64,000 nt of DNA. Source: Camelus ferus. Lineage: Eukaryota. Below are positions 35,620-47,989 of the stretch, piece by piece. How positions within the stretch are numbered: the stretch's first letter is position 1; each line of letters starts with the position of its first letter. The stretch is from positions 11,286,001-11,350,000 of the forward strand of contig NC_045696.1 of the NCBI RefSeq assembly GCF_009834535.1, in the 5' to 3' direction. Both the position numbers and the translations under genes were made by a program. The notes beneath the pieces are model-generated. The model had not been told where the DNA came from, did no database searches, and saw only the letters and a list, made by a program, of their open reading frames with translations.

Positions 35620-36670
35620 TCGCTGTGCTGATCACCCCTGGTGGTGGCTCCCAGGGCAGAGGAGGGATCCTTTCAGCTCATGTTAAAATAAAACAAAACA
35701 AAGTCAACATCCGAGACAGATTCTGGGCATAGAACTTTGCCATCTTCCCTCAGTTTTTCATCGTGTGGCCCCTCTTCTTTTCGCACGGGCCCACGGGCAG
35801 CCTTTGATGTTGACTGAATCTGACTTAATCAGGTAGACGAGAGATGGGGGCGGGGCCCACCTAGAAGCCGACGCAGTCATCTGCCTCGCAGGGCCCTCGC
35901 AGCCCTGGATTCTGGAGTGGGAAAGGCCTCCAGCTATTACTCCCTTCTGAGGGGCTGCCCTGACAGTCAGTTTTTCAGTTTGGAGGTTTCAACTTGCGTG
36001 TTTGGGCTAAAGGAGAAATGAGGAGTTAGGAGGCACCTGAGCTGTGAGGGAGGGGAGATGGGAGAGTGAAGGGGTAACATTTCCACCATACTCCTCACTC
36101 CCTACTCATGGATAATATGATGCCCCTTAGAGGGTGGGGCTAGGGCAAGAGGCTGAGAAAGGTGAATCCGTGAGGGACAATGTGAGACTGTAGCACATCT
36201 AGGTGACAGAGCTGGACAGAGAGACTAGAGGGGCTAGCCTCTGTCCTTCCCCCACAGCTCCACTGTAGCTTCAAAGCCCTGGGAGTTCAGGGCTCCCCAG
36301 CAGAAATGGCCAAGCTCTGGACTGGGGAAGGGGGACAGACATGAAGAAGGAGACCAGAGGAAGATCTGAGTGGAATTGTTCCCGAGTAGAGGAGAGACAC
36401 CCCCAGGGAGAGCACAGGGCAGGGTTGGGGTGAGGGCTGCCACCCTGCAGTCAGGTGGCCGGTTTGGTGTAAGGATCACTATGACAGCATGTGCATCTCA
36501 GACTGATGACCAGTGCTGGGGACATGCAGGTGCGGGATGGCTCATCCTGTCCTGGGGCTGACCCATAGGACTGAGGAACTCACAAGACTAGTGACTGGGA
36601 GATGGGGTCTGGGAACAGAAGTCAACAAAGCCCAGAAAGCAAAATCCAAACTAGGTTCAATTAGCACCAC

Positions 36671-37520
36671 TGTCTTAGTCTGTTCAGGCTGCTAAAACAA
36701 AATACCATAGACTGGGTGGCTTATAAACAGCACAGATTTATTTCTCACAGTTTTGCAAGCTGCAAAGTCCAAGATCAAGGTGCTGGTAGATTTGGTGTCT
36801 GGGGAGAACTTCCTGGTTCATAGACGGCAGAGTTCTCACTATGTTCTCACGTGGTGGAAGCATTGTGGAGCTTCTGCGGTCTTTTAGTAAGTTTTTTAAT
36901 TGAGTAGCTACTTATTTTTATTTTTTACCTTTTTTAAAAATTGAAGTTAATCAGTTTACAGTGTTGCATCAGTTTCTGGTGTACAGCATACTGTTTCAGT
37001 CATCCGTATACATACATATATTCATTTTCATTATAAATTACTATAAGATATTGAGTATAGTTTCCTGTACTGTACAATACAAATTTGTTTATCTATTTTA
37101 TGTATAGTAGTTAGTGTCTGCAATCTCAAACTCCCGATTTATCCCTTTCCACCCGGTAACCATAAGTTTGTTTTCTATGTCTGTGAGTCTGTTTCTGTTT
37201 TGTAATTAAGTTCATTTGTGTGTGTGTGTGTGTTTTTAAGATTCCACATATAAGTGATATCATATGGTATTTTTCCTTCTCTTTCTGGCTGACTTCACTT
37301 AGAATGACGTTCCATGTTGCTGTAATTGGCATTATTTATTTTTTTTATGGCTGAGTTGTATTCCATTGTATAAATATATGGGGTCTTTTATTATAAAGGC
37401 ACTAATCTCATCATAAGTATTTCACTCTCAAAGCCCTAATCACCTCTCAAAGGCCCCACTTTTTAATACCATCACGCAGAGGGTTGGGGGTTCACAATGA
37501 ATGGACGTTCAGTCCATAGA
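36671..37520 (-). mobile_element. MLT1A/B-like MaLR LTR interrupted by an L1 3' end (about 36890-37380)
   Basis: tgtcttagtctgttcaggctgct...aagtccaagatcaaggtgctgg; resumes at ataaaggcactaatctcat; GGTCTTTTA duplicated at 36878 and 37382. Confidence 0.85.
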
Positions 37521-37744
37521 AATCATGGTTGATGGTATCACTTCCCTCTGATCGGTCTCTGGCCCCCAAACATTTGCGATCCCCTGAAGTTGAGGGAGAA
37601 AGAGCATGGCTAAAAGGTGGCATACATTTTATTTTGAAAACTGAAGCTGGATGTGGGGCTATGAGAACAGCAAATTTCTGCGCCTTTGGAGAGAAAAAGC
37701 AGTGTAGGGTACCAGCAATTGATTGTGAACTTCAGAATATAAAC

Positions 37745-37875
37745 TTGCTTCACTCATTTACTTGTTTACCAGGCATTTATCTGTTATGCACCTATTACGT
37801 GTTGAGTCTGGGGGTACAGACGTGAACACAACCTAGTTCCTACCTTCAAAGGGCTCAAAGCCCTGTGGGCTAAAC
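37745..37875 (-). mobile_element. L2 3' end
   Basis: gcacctattacgtgttgagtctgggggtacagacgtgaaca...ttcctaccttcaaagggctca. Confidence 0.7.
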
Positions 37876-38604
37876 AGACACCTATAGCTGAACTCAGATT
37901 ATAAATCCAACATGTAAGATGCCTTGTTTCTTCTTTCTACACTTCTGTTTTATGTTCAGAGAAACCTGTGTGCCTTGGAGGACCGGGGCACACACGGGGA
38001 ATGTATTTATGACACATACGACTCAATTTTGCCAGTTTAATAAGACTTGCAGTAGCAGAAGGACCTCAAAACGGCCACGAGCAGGAGGAGGTGGAATTAA
38101 TGGATGCAAAATTTCTAGGTCAAGCTGAACCTCCATAGGTCTAAAGATTATTGGAGACTATTTTTGTGGCTTCTCTGCCTATTTATCACCCCCATGCAGT
38201 GAGGTCAAAGCCAGCAAACGGTCACACTCCACCTACTTCTCAGCCCCCTTTGTCATATCCGACGGTTGGTTTGCTTTACAAAGAGCTGCAGGTATGGGCC
38301 CTCTTCTGAGAGGGTGTGTGCCAGCACCATGGAAGCTGAGGACCTAGGATGGTTAAAGTCACGAAGGGACTTACTTTGGGTGCCTTGTTTGGTAATTTTT
38401 TTTTTAACTCAGAGGCTATGGGCTTCTATCAACCCCAGTAAATGTCTGCAAAATTTGTGGATAGATGGGTATATAAATTTGAGGGGTGAGAAGGTCTGTG
38501 TATTTCCCCAGAGTTTCAGGGGTGTCTCTCACCAATGCTTATCACGAGCTCTCAGAGCAGAAGCAAAGGTTTGGAACCATCAGGTCTTTGGGCATCTTCC
38601 AATT

Positions 38605-39042
38605 CTCTTTTTTTAAAATTGGGATATAGTTAATTTACAGTATTGTGTTAGTTTCTGGTGCACAGCAAAGTAATTCATATATTTATTCTTTTTTGATTCT
38701 TTTTCATTATAGGTTATTACAAGATATTGAATCTAGTTCCCTGTGCTATATGGTAGGTCCTTGCTGTTTATCTATTTTATATATAGTGGTGTGTATCTGT
38801 TAATCCCTAAGTCCTGATTTATCCCTCATCCCTCCTTTTCCTTTTGGTAACTATAAGTTTGTTTAATATGTCTGTGAGTCTGTTTCTGTCTTGTAAATAA
38901 GTTCTTTTGTGCCCTTTTTTTTAGATTCCACATATAAGTGATATGATATTTTACTGTCTTTCTCTGACTTACTTCACTTAGTATGATCATCTCTAGGTCC
39001 ACCTATGTTGCTGCAAATGGTATTATTTCATTCTTTTTAATG
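38605..39042 (-). mobile_element. Artiodactyl-type L1 3' end
   Basis: atatagttaatttacagtattgtgttagtttctggtg...ataggttattacaagatattgaat...tagattccacatataagtgat. Confidence 0.9.
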
Positions 39043-39379
39043 TAAATAACCTTATTTATGTCTCTAGAACATATATTATCGGGGCACGTAGTAGGTGCTC
39101 AATAAATGTGGGGGATTCAATGCAGAAACTAAGCACAGTGGTTCTGAAAAGATGTAGGAATCAAGAGGCAAATTTCCCCCACTCTTCTGGTCCCAGGATG
39201 ACAACTGGCTTCATGCAGGTGGACCCCAAACTCAAGACCACCTGGTAAAACCTCCCATTTTCTTCAGACCTTAGTGCTGAGTCACCGACCAAGAGCCACT
39301 GCCCCAGCCCTTGAATCAGCTTCAAAACTTGACACTGGCAGAAGGCAAACTTTCCAAGTTCAGGCCCCAGGAAAATAAA

Positions 39380-39850
39380 AATAAGTAAATAAGACTGCAA
39401 CACCAGATGGCCTGAAAGGACAGGGCTGGCGTGGAGGATTAACTGGCTGGCAATAAAAGCTGTCGTTACAGAGTGTCATCGTTGGCGGATTATTTATCAG
39501 CTCTCCCCTTTAGATACCAAATGTCAAATGTGTTAATGTGCAGAAACCAAGCCTTCCCCTCCCAGCTGCTCGGGTGTCAGGCTGCCAGCTGCACTGTCTC
39601 CTTTGCAGGACCTGCCAGGAGTTTCGCATTCGTATGTCACGTTAGGCCTACCATATTGCACTTAAGAAAGGCCAGATGAGGCCAACTCAGCCTAATAATC
39701 AGCCTGTCAATCATTCTGCTGCATTGTGCATGGAATTGCTTTTCCCCAAACCTTTGTTCTCGGTTAGAATGGGCTGCTCCTCAGATCCACGCAGCAGACA
39801 GGAACGCATGGTTTATTTCACTCACCGTCGCTGGAATCGGAGGTGTATCT
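39380..39850. promoter_or_regulatory. Candidate developmental enhancer
   Basis: Repeat-free; PBX-MEIS/PREP TGATTGACAG (minus strand, 39704-39713), GCAATAAAA, two GGATTA, GTAAATA, CAGATGG, CATTGT. Confidence 0.45.
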
Positions 39851-40497
39851 TCCAATTCCGTGCTCAGGGAGGCTTAGGGAATTGCAAAATCCCTGTTATG
39901 AGACATGTTTTGCCCATGTGGATAGCACTTTATTTAAAGTCTGCCCTTAGGCAATCTCTGTGTCCCTTGCTCTCTCTGTCTTTCATTCTTTCCCTGTTTC
40001 ACATACACACATATCCTAAGTGAGTTTTATACACATCATTCTTTTCATTATTTATTTTATCTGCAACTAAAGCATAGATTAACCTCAAGTAACCAAATAC
40101 CATATTACGTAATCTAACAACAAATGTGACCCTAATAACCGAGTTTGGATATCATTCCCATTGTTAAGCAAACATTGAGCTAACACGTGTCCACTGAGCA
40201 CCCCTCTCTTTAAACAGCACCAGCACCACTGGGGAGACCAAAAGAAAGTAAGTTCTGAAGGAGCCCACGGGCACCCGGGAGATGCAAGCAAACACGCCCG
40301 CCTTATGACCTTGCTATCTTGTATTTTGCTTCTTATTCAAGACAAAATTATTTGGGACAGTATAGACATGTGTTGAGAGAAAGGATCTCTGCAAATTACC
40401 TCGGTCTTGACAATTGTTGCCCATTTTTTGGGGGTGGAATTGCTGTCTGAGGCCACAGGGTGTTGGAAGTTAAAAAGGACTATGCTGGTGTTGTCTT

Positions 40498-41230
40498 TTT
40501 TTTTTTTTTTTTAACATTTTTTATTGATTTATAATCATTTTACAATGTTGTGTCAAATTCCAGTGTTCAGCACAATTTTGCAGTCATTCATGGACATATA
40601 CACACTCATTGTCACATTTTTTTCTCTGTGAGTTATCATAACATTTTGTGTATATTTCCCTGTGCTATACAGTGTAATCTTGTTTATCTATTCTACAATT
40701 TTGAAATCCCAGTCTATCCTTTCCCACCCTCCACCCCGCTGGCAACCGTAAGTCTGTATTCTCTGTCTATGAGTCTATTTCTGTCCTGTATTTATGCTTT
40801 GTTTTTGTTTGTTTGTTTGTTTGTTTGTTTTTGTTTTTTAGATTCCACATATGAGCGATCTCATATGGTATTTTTCTTTCTTTTTCTAGTTTCCTTCACT
40901 TAGAATGACATTCTCCAGGAGCATCCATGTTGCTGCAAATGACATTATGTTGTTGGTTTTTATGGCTGAGTAGTATTCCATTGTATAAATATACCACATC
41001 TTCTTTATCCAGTCACCTGTTGATGGACATTTAGGCTGTTTCCATGTTTTGGCTATTGTAAATAGTGCTGCTATGAACATTGGGGTGCAGGTGTCATCCT
41101 GAAGTAGGGTTCCTTCTGGATACAAGCCCAGGAGTGGGATTCCTGGGTCATACGGTAAGTCTATTCCTAGTTTTTTGAGGAATCTCCACACTGTTTTCCA
41201 TAGTGGTTGCACCAAACTGCATTTCCACCG
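40498..41230 (-). mobile_element. Young camelid L1, 5'-truncated (ORF2 C-terminus + 3'UTR + poly(A))
   Basis: Perfect 17-bp TSD TATGCTGGTGTTGTCTT (40481-40497, 41231-41247); open ORF2 peptide [16 protein letters not shown]...YTMEYYSAIK. Confidence 0.97.
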
Positions 41231-42099
41231 TATGCTGGTGTTGTCTTGAAGCCACACTGTGGGGTCTCCATGGCATCTGAGCTGAGATGGGGAGACCCAG
41301 CTGCCCAGAGCTTACCTTGAACAGCACCCCATGCAGGTGCTGTGGAAGGTAAGAATGAGAAGGAGCTCAAGGAGATGTACCTGCCTTCATGCACGATTCA
41401 CCAGAGAGGCAAACATAAGCAGGTGAGAATTTCCCCCAGAGTGTGAGATGAGGTGTCCAAGAATACTATGGGGCAGTGTACCATTGCTAAGCAGCAGGGG
41501 TAGCCCAGGGCCCAGGAGACGCAGGGAGATTCAAGGTGGTGTGAAACTTTAGGAGGGTTTTGATGGACAGGAAGAACTAGGCAGAAAGAGAGAGGTAGCA
41601 GGCCTTCCTAGGAGGGGGCCTCACAGGAGCAAAGTGGCGGTATCGTTGGGGTTAAGGGAGACCCAGTTAAGAACTCCTGTCTTCTCTTCCTTGACTTCGA
41701 CACTAACTGAGAAGTAGGTAAAGGAATAAGGCAGATAAGAGGCAAAAACAAAAACAAAAACAAACAAACAAAAAATCTCTATTGCTTTTATTACTGTGAA
41801 ATACAATATTGGAGGATGTGGGTTGTACTGACACATAAAGGGGCTGGGTTCCTAGCACACTCACAGGCAGCCAGGGACCCCCAGAGTCTGAAAACCTGGG
41901 CTTGGTTCTGCCAAGTGCGCAACTTGGCCCCCAAGATAAAGAGGGAGGAGAAAGGTGCTGGGCTCCGAGGCTCTGTTGCTTTTCCCAAACCCACTAGTGA
42001 GAGAAATCTCTCTTCCACCAGAGGAGCTTCCCCCTAATGGAACCAGTTGCAAAGGAGATGGGAGCCCCTTGAATAATTGGGTCCAGGGAAAGGTGACTA

Positions 42100-42780
42100 A
42101 ACCCTCCTGAGATGGCCAAGTGATGGGGGTCGAATAAAGAGTCTTCTGATGTCAAGCAAAGGATGATGGAGTTTACTTTGATAAATTGGAAACATTGTAA
42201 ATTTCAGAAACTGATTTAAGCCCCCTTGGGGGGAGATTCATCTCTTATTGAAATGTGGGATGGATTTCCTGCGAGGAGGGACTGTAGGAAAAAGGCTGGC
42301 GGGAGCTTGTCCGGAGTTAATGCAGGAAGGGTCTGAACAAGTGGGTCCATTGGGGGTGGCCCAGGAGCTCCATGAGGTGGCAGAAAGGCTGGGATCTGGT
42401 GGCTGGTTGTGAAGGATGAGGGATGGAGCAGCCAACAGGAGCCAAGCTTTTGTGCCCAGATGACTGAGACATGGCATGACATGAACAGAAACAAAGGCAT
42501 CCAAAGAGAGAGCCCAACCTGAAGTGGTGGTGGGGATCCACCAGTATCTATGCAAATGGAGTTGAAAACAGAAGTGGGGCATCCCAAGGCTCCTATGGGA
42601 CTGGGATACAGGGAAAGGGATGCCGTGTAAGTTTGATGGGGAGGCAGCTACCAGAAGGGGATGGGAAGGTGTCAGATGCCGGGGAAGTCAGGTTGGATGA
42701 GGACAGATTGGAAACCAATGTGCAGTAGTTGGGGTGTCGCTGGTGACCTTTCACAGTCAATGCAAGAACAGAGATTGAGA
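42100..42780 (-). mobile_element. Degenerate L2 fragment
   Basis: Purine-rich antisense L2 text, for example gctggtgacctt and aagtcaggttggatgaggac. Confidence 0.5.
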
Positions 42781-43299
42781 AAAGACTTCAAACGTTCTAT
42801 TTCCTAAAGACAAACCCATGTAACCTGGATCTGACTTTTTCTTTTCAACCTGGTGGCAGAATTAGGAATAAGTAAGAAGGCAGCGTTTGGACATTTTATT
42901 TGTCATTTCCTCTTACCCATTCAAGACAGAAATGAAATCCCAGTTTTTAAGCTGATGTCTTTGAAAATGTCCTCCCTCATGGCCTCATCCCTGGAGGAGT
43001 TTAAACAAGCAAGTCATGTCTGGAGGGTAGTACCAGAGGGATAGCATCTCTTGACCCAGGGTGATGAGCTGGTGGAATCCCAGACATTCCCATGTGACAG
43101 TTACGATGCTGGGGGCTTCCTCAAGTGGCTGTTTTGACACAGCCGTTTTGATGGAAGTAGGGAAGACGGTGAGACTCAGGAATGGGTATAGACAGAAAGG
43201 GGATTCAGAGATTGAGATGGCAATGCCTGATACTCATAGAACTTGGACATTTAAAAAATTCAAATAAGTCGTTCCTTTAAGCATAGCCCTGTAAGGATG

Positions 43300-43785
43300 T
43301 CGTATTAGTCAGGGTTCTCCAGAGAAACAGAACTTCTAGGGTGGCTATGGATATACATTAGAGGAGGCTTATTACTGGAATTGGTGCACATGGTTATGGA
43401 GGCAGAGAAGACCCACAATATGCCGTCTACAAACTGGAGACCCAGAAAGGTGGGTGGTGGAACTTCAGTCCAAGTCTGAAGACCTGAGAAGCAGGAGTAA
43501 CAGAGTCCAAGGGCAGGGGGTGATGGATGTCGCAGCTCAAGGGAAGGGAGTGAATTCGCCCCTCCCGTGCCCTTCTGTTCTATTCAGACCCTCAACGCAT
43601 TAGATGATGTCCACCCACGTTGGTGAAAGTGAACTTCTTTATTCAGTCTACTGATCCAAATGTTCTAGAAACACCCTCTTAGACACATGCAGAAGTAATG
43701 TCTTACCAGATATCTGAGCATCCGTTAGCCCAGTCAAGTTGACACAAAATTAGTCAAGTTGACATATTAAATTAATTATGACAAA
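43300..43785 (-). mobile_element. MLT2 (ERVL) LTR
   Basis: gtattagtcagggttctccagagaaacagaac...gcccagtcaagttgacac. Confidence 0.9.
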
Positions 43786-44884
43786 ATTAGAACCATTCTG
43801 TGTATGTCGTCAAGTACAAAACATGTTTTACAGAGTTCATGAGGAATTGCTTTCAGGTCCCATGCCATACTCTTTCCAGTAACTTGAACAATGGTCAATT
43901 TTCCTCTATTAAAGGTAGATTTGGGGTTTGGAAAACAACAAAGAGTAAGTCGGAGCCAAGTCTCTGTAGACGGATTTTGAAACTTGAAGCCAAGTGAATC
44001 TCGTAAGGTGAGTGACGGAACTGGGAAATGCTATTTTGGATCGAAAATGAGGTGTGCTAACAGCTGGGACAGGATTTCTTTCCAACACTCCTTAACTGGC
44101 CCAAGAAAGCAGTTTCTAAGGAGAAAAACCCAAAAGTGACCTCACCGATGCAGTCAGGACACTCACTCCCAAAGTGGTCATACTGAAAGGGACGTCTCCC
44201 TGAGGATTAGAAGACCTGAACGGTTATGAAAAGTCATTCTTATGCGTTTATGTTCATAAATCACATTATATTATTGCCATTGTCTATGAGAAAAGACAGG
44301 CACAAAACTCATTAGGGTTCGGGGAGATTATCATGACGTTTCCAGTTTACAGCTGTTGGAAAGAGAAATCGCATTTTTACTACTTAATTTTCTTGGTGCC
44401 GTATTACTAAAACATACTCCATAGCAATGGTTGTCTGGGTGCTTTATGTAATCTGAATGTGATGGACCCTTCATGGCGGTGAATTTAACAGCTATAGTTT
44501 TAATATCAGAAGTCCATGACACGTACGGATTTATAATTTTGCTGAAGGAGGATTTTGGTTTAACGATGAACAATTTTCTGTATATCTGTGTGTGGGTGGG
44601 TGAAGGGTATAGCACATGAGATCACTTGTTCTTGAATCCTTGTTTTCACATGATATCGTCTTTTGTGCTGATAAACTCTATTTTCCTTGGAAAATCTCAT
44701 CCCCAAGAGAAATGGAGGTGGTTGTGCTATTTCACCATTTGGGAATCTAGGGACATTTTGGAAGATGTTTTTCAGGAAGGTTGAGGACTTTCTTTCTTGC
44801 ACATACATGCATCTCTGTACACTTCTCTCTCTTCCAAAAACATAGTACAAGAGATGTCTTCCCTTCCCTAGAACAGAATAACAC

Positions 44885-45035
44885 AATTGGATGGAATCTT
44901 GGAGACCATTTACTTCATTTTAGAGGCAGGAAACCAGGTCTCTGAGAAGTCACGTGACCCATCCAGCCCCACGTTGTGGATTTCTGCCCTAGTGGGAATC
45001 CAGGTCTGTGATTCCCAAGCTCCTTCCATTGTACC
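44885..45035 (-). mobile_element. MIR SINE
   Basis: cttcattttagaggcaggaaaccagg...caggtctgtgattcccaagc. Confidence 0.65.
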
Positions 45036-45639
45036 GCGTTCTCCAGTGAATCTATTCCCTGCCAAGGCTCTCTGCTTTATAGCAGCATCTGCAGATATCT
45101 AAGTGCCAGTTCTGCTTGTGATAAGCCCACCTAAGGCTCACCCAGGTTGCAAGCATCAGTGCAGTGAGCAGCCCCGAATGATAAAATGGAAATTCTCTGC
45201 AGAACTCAGAACCGAGAAGGAAGCAGTGCCTGCTTTCAACACATTTTCTTTTTAGAGAGCTGTGTGCAGTTGGCTTCATTTAAAGGTTGGCCCTTTTGTG
45301 GTCTGTTTATAGGTCCTCTCTTAGAAACTTGAAATGGGGACTTGAAATACTCCTGAATCAGTATTTCCTACCAGATAAGAATTGAAATGCAGACCCTGGG
45401 GAGGTGAATGCATGAGGTGTCTGATACCACTCTGCCTCCTGAGCCGCGGCAGACATGGTCAGTGGATTACAGCCTGCTGCTCCTTTCTGTGAGCTCAAGG
45501 GTGACCTTGGAATCCTTCTCAACAGGCAGGCATGACCAATCAATCAGAACTGAAGCACCAGACAAAAACCAGCTGCCAGTCCTATATAGCCACGTGCTCC
45601 AACAGAGCTGGTCACACGAGACACCAATATATACTGTAT

Positions 45640-45900
45640 AACAATAATGGTGGTGATGAGAATGACAACTAACACTTATTGAGTCCTGACTATGAACCAG
45701 ACTCTTGCTAAATATTTTACTGGTAATATCTCATTTCTTTTCAAGGCAACCTTGTAAATATATACGAATATCCTCATTCTACAGAGAAGGAACTCGAGGC
45801 AGGGAGAGGTTAAGTAATATGCTTAAAATCTTGAAACTGTCAGTAGAAGACCTCGCAGATCATCTATTTTCTGAGGTTGCACTCTTTAATCACTCTGTTT
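45640..45900 (-). mobile_element. MIR SINE
   Basis: actaacacttattgagtcctgactatg...cattctacagagaaggaactcgaggcagggagaggttaagtaa. Confidence 0.8.
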
Positions 45901-46399
45901 ACCTTTGCAGCCTCTAGACACTGACAATGGGGATGAGAAACAAGCACTTGTCCCATATCCAGACCTGCCCAGAAATCTACCAGGACCTTGATTTCCATCA
46001 TTTCAGTTTTCATGCCTCCTCTTTGCTGGGCCTCCTCCGGACCGCCATCTGTCATTTAAAGACCAGATGTCTCTTGGCCCCTTGGCCCTGGGACATGGGA
46101 CTCCCATTATCCTGGCTACTCTTTCATTAGAAGACATGCCAGAGGCAGCAGGCAGCCTGGTTTCACTGGCTCAAAGGTCAGTGTTGTGCTGACTTCACCT
46201 CCAAGACCCACACTAGTAAGCAGTGTCAGTGGCTGGTATAGATCCCCTGGCTCTCAGAGCCTCGGGTCTCTTTGTCTTTATCACTGGCTAGTGCTCTTGC
46301 TCAAGACAAGTTAGAGTCAGACCTCTTTTCCCCATCATCTGTTGGGAAGAATTGATGGACCTCAATTCACTCTTCGGAAGAGTTGTTGACCCCTGCTTT

Positions 46400-46770
46400 A
46401 AGATCCAACATCCAGAATGACAAAAATGTGTTACATCAGCAGGTCAGAGGAAGGAGTTCATTGGATTGGCTTGCAGAAAGAAGGTTCTTAAGAATGAAAA
46501 TCTGACAATCCCATGTGTTGACAAAAGATACAGAACCAGGAATCACCCCTACCTTGTGGTTGGTAGCATGATTGGTAAACCACTTCGGAGGGCCTTTTGT
46601 GACATCCAGGAAAGTGGACAACATGCATACCCCCGATCCACCAATTCTACTCTTTGGTATTTTTCCTGGAGAAACATGTTGCATGTGTACAAGAATATTT
46701 ACTGTAGCATTTGTGTGATAGTGAAAAATTAGAAAAAATCGAATACGTTGACAAGGTCATGGAGAAGAGG
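46400..46770 (+). mobile_element. L1ME-like ORF2 end remnant
   Basis: tgcatacccccgatccaccaattctactc...ggagaaacatgttgcatgtgtacaag...tgtagcatttgtgtgatagtgaaaaatt. Confidence 0.65.
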
Positions 46771-47475
46771 ACTATAAGCCAGAGACTCTGCAGAGGTTTG
46801 TAGGGGAAAGGGTAAAAGAAGGTCAGCTGTGCCTGGAGGGCAGGGTGTGAAGTGGAGGGGAGCACTGGGAAATTAACAGGGCATGATGGGGTCTGGCAGC
46901 AGAGGCCTTGGGAGCTGGCATCTGCCTTGCTCTGTAAAGGAAGGGGGTTTGACCTCAGTAGAAATAGAGTTTGACCTCGGATGTACGTCTAAAATTGACC
47001 CAGAGAAGGCCACCCCATATTTCCCTGTAGGTTCCCCTGCCTGGGAGCAAAAGCTGGCCGAGGTGAGTCTAGTAGGTAAATTTCCTTGAGGAGGGGACAT
47101 GACTGGTTAATTTCACAATTATATTTTGCTAACTTTGTTGAATGTAGAAATTTCCAAATTTCTTTACCTTCTAAGCCAGTTCTAGATTTCTCTGAAATAC
47201 ATCCTCGTTCAATGGCTATTAGTTTTGTCAGTTCTGTTGTTGACTCTCTTATGTACAGTATTTGACTTTTGTTCTCTGATGAAAGAGTGGTCAGCAAGCC
47301 TAGGCCAAGGACTCACTTTGGAAATCAGGAGATCTGATTTCATTCCTAACTCCATCAATAGGACTCTGTGTATCTAGTTTGACAGGACTGACCACGACCC
47401 CCACCCCATGCTCCTTCTTGGGTTTATTTATCCTCTACCCCTTGGTAAGTCATAGTCTGAATTTGAGAAAGTCAT

Positions 47476-47848
47476 TGTTACAGACTGAATGTTAGTGTAT
47501 TCCCCAAAATTCATGCGTTGAAACCCTACTCTCCACTGTGATGGTATGAGGAAGTGAGACCTTTAGACGGTAATTAGGATTAGATGAGGTCAGGGGAGTA
47601 GCGCCCCCATGAATGGGATTGGTGCCCTTATAAGAATCACAAGGGGGCTTGCTTTCTCTCTCTGCTCTCCACCATGTAGGCATACAAGAAGCACACTGCA
47701 GCCCTGCAGAAGGTCCTCACCAGAACGTGACCATGCTGGCACCCTAATCTCAGATTTCCAGCCTCCAGAACTGTGAGAAATAAGTTTCCATAGTTAATAA
47801 GCCACCCAGTGTGTGGTGCTTTGTTATAGCAGCTCAAACCAACGGAAA
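47476..47848 (+). mobile_element. MLT1A/B-like MaLR solo LTR inserted into a MIR
   Basis: tgttacagactgaatg...ccccaaaattcatgcgttgaaacc...ttgttatagcagc; 5-bp TSD GTCAT (47471-47475, 47849-47853). Confidence 0.88.
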
Positions 47849-47989
47849 GTCATTTAACTCAATAGTGTGCTATTCCTCACTTATGAACTGGAAAGCCTTA
47901 AACCTGCATTTCTTTTTCTAGAAAATTGGTGATCTCAATGGGCAGAGCACTAAAAACACGGAGTAAAACAGAAGAAAAGTTAACACATT

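Noticed and set aside
40886..41257. 123-aa ORF with strong protein-like sequence
   Set aside because: It is the L1 ORF2 C-terminus in a 5'-truncated insertion, with its start outside the element; not a host gene.
43732..43765. Short local tandem duplications (also near 25875, 29381, 61578)
   Set aside because: Ordinary slippage-type duplications of 8-20 bp with no sign of function.
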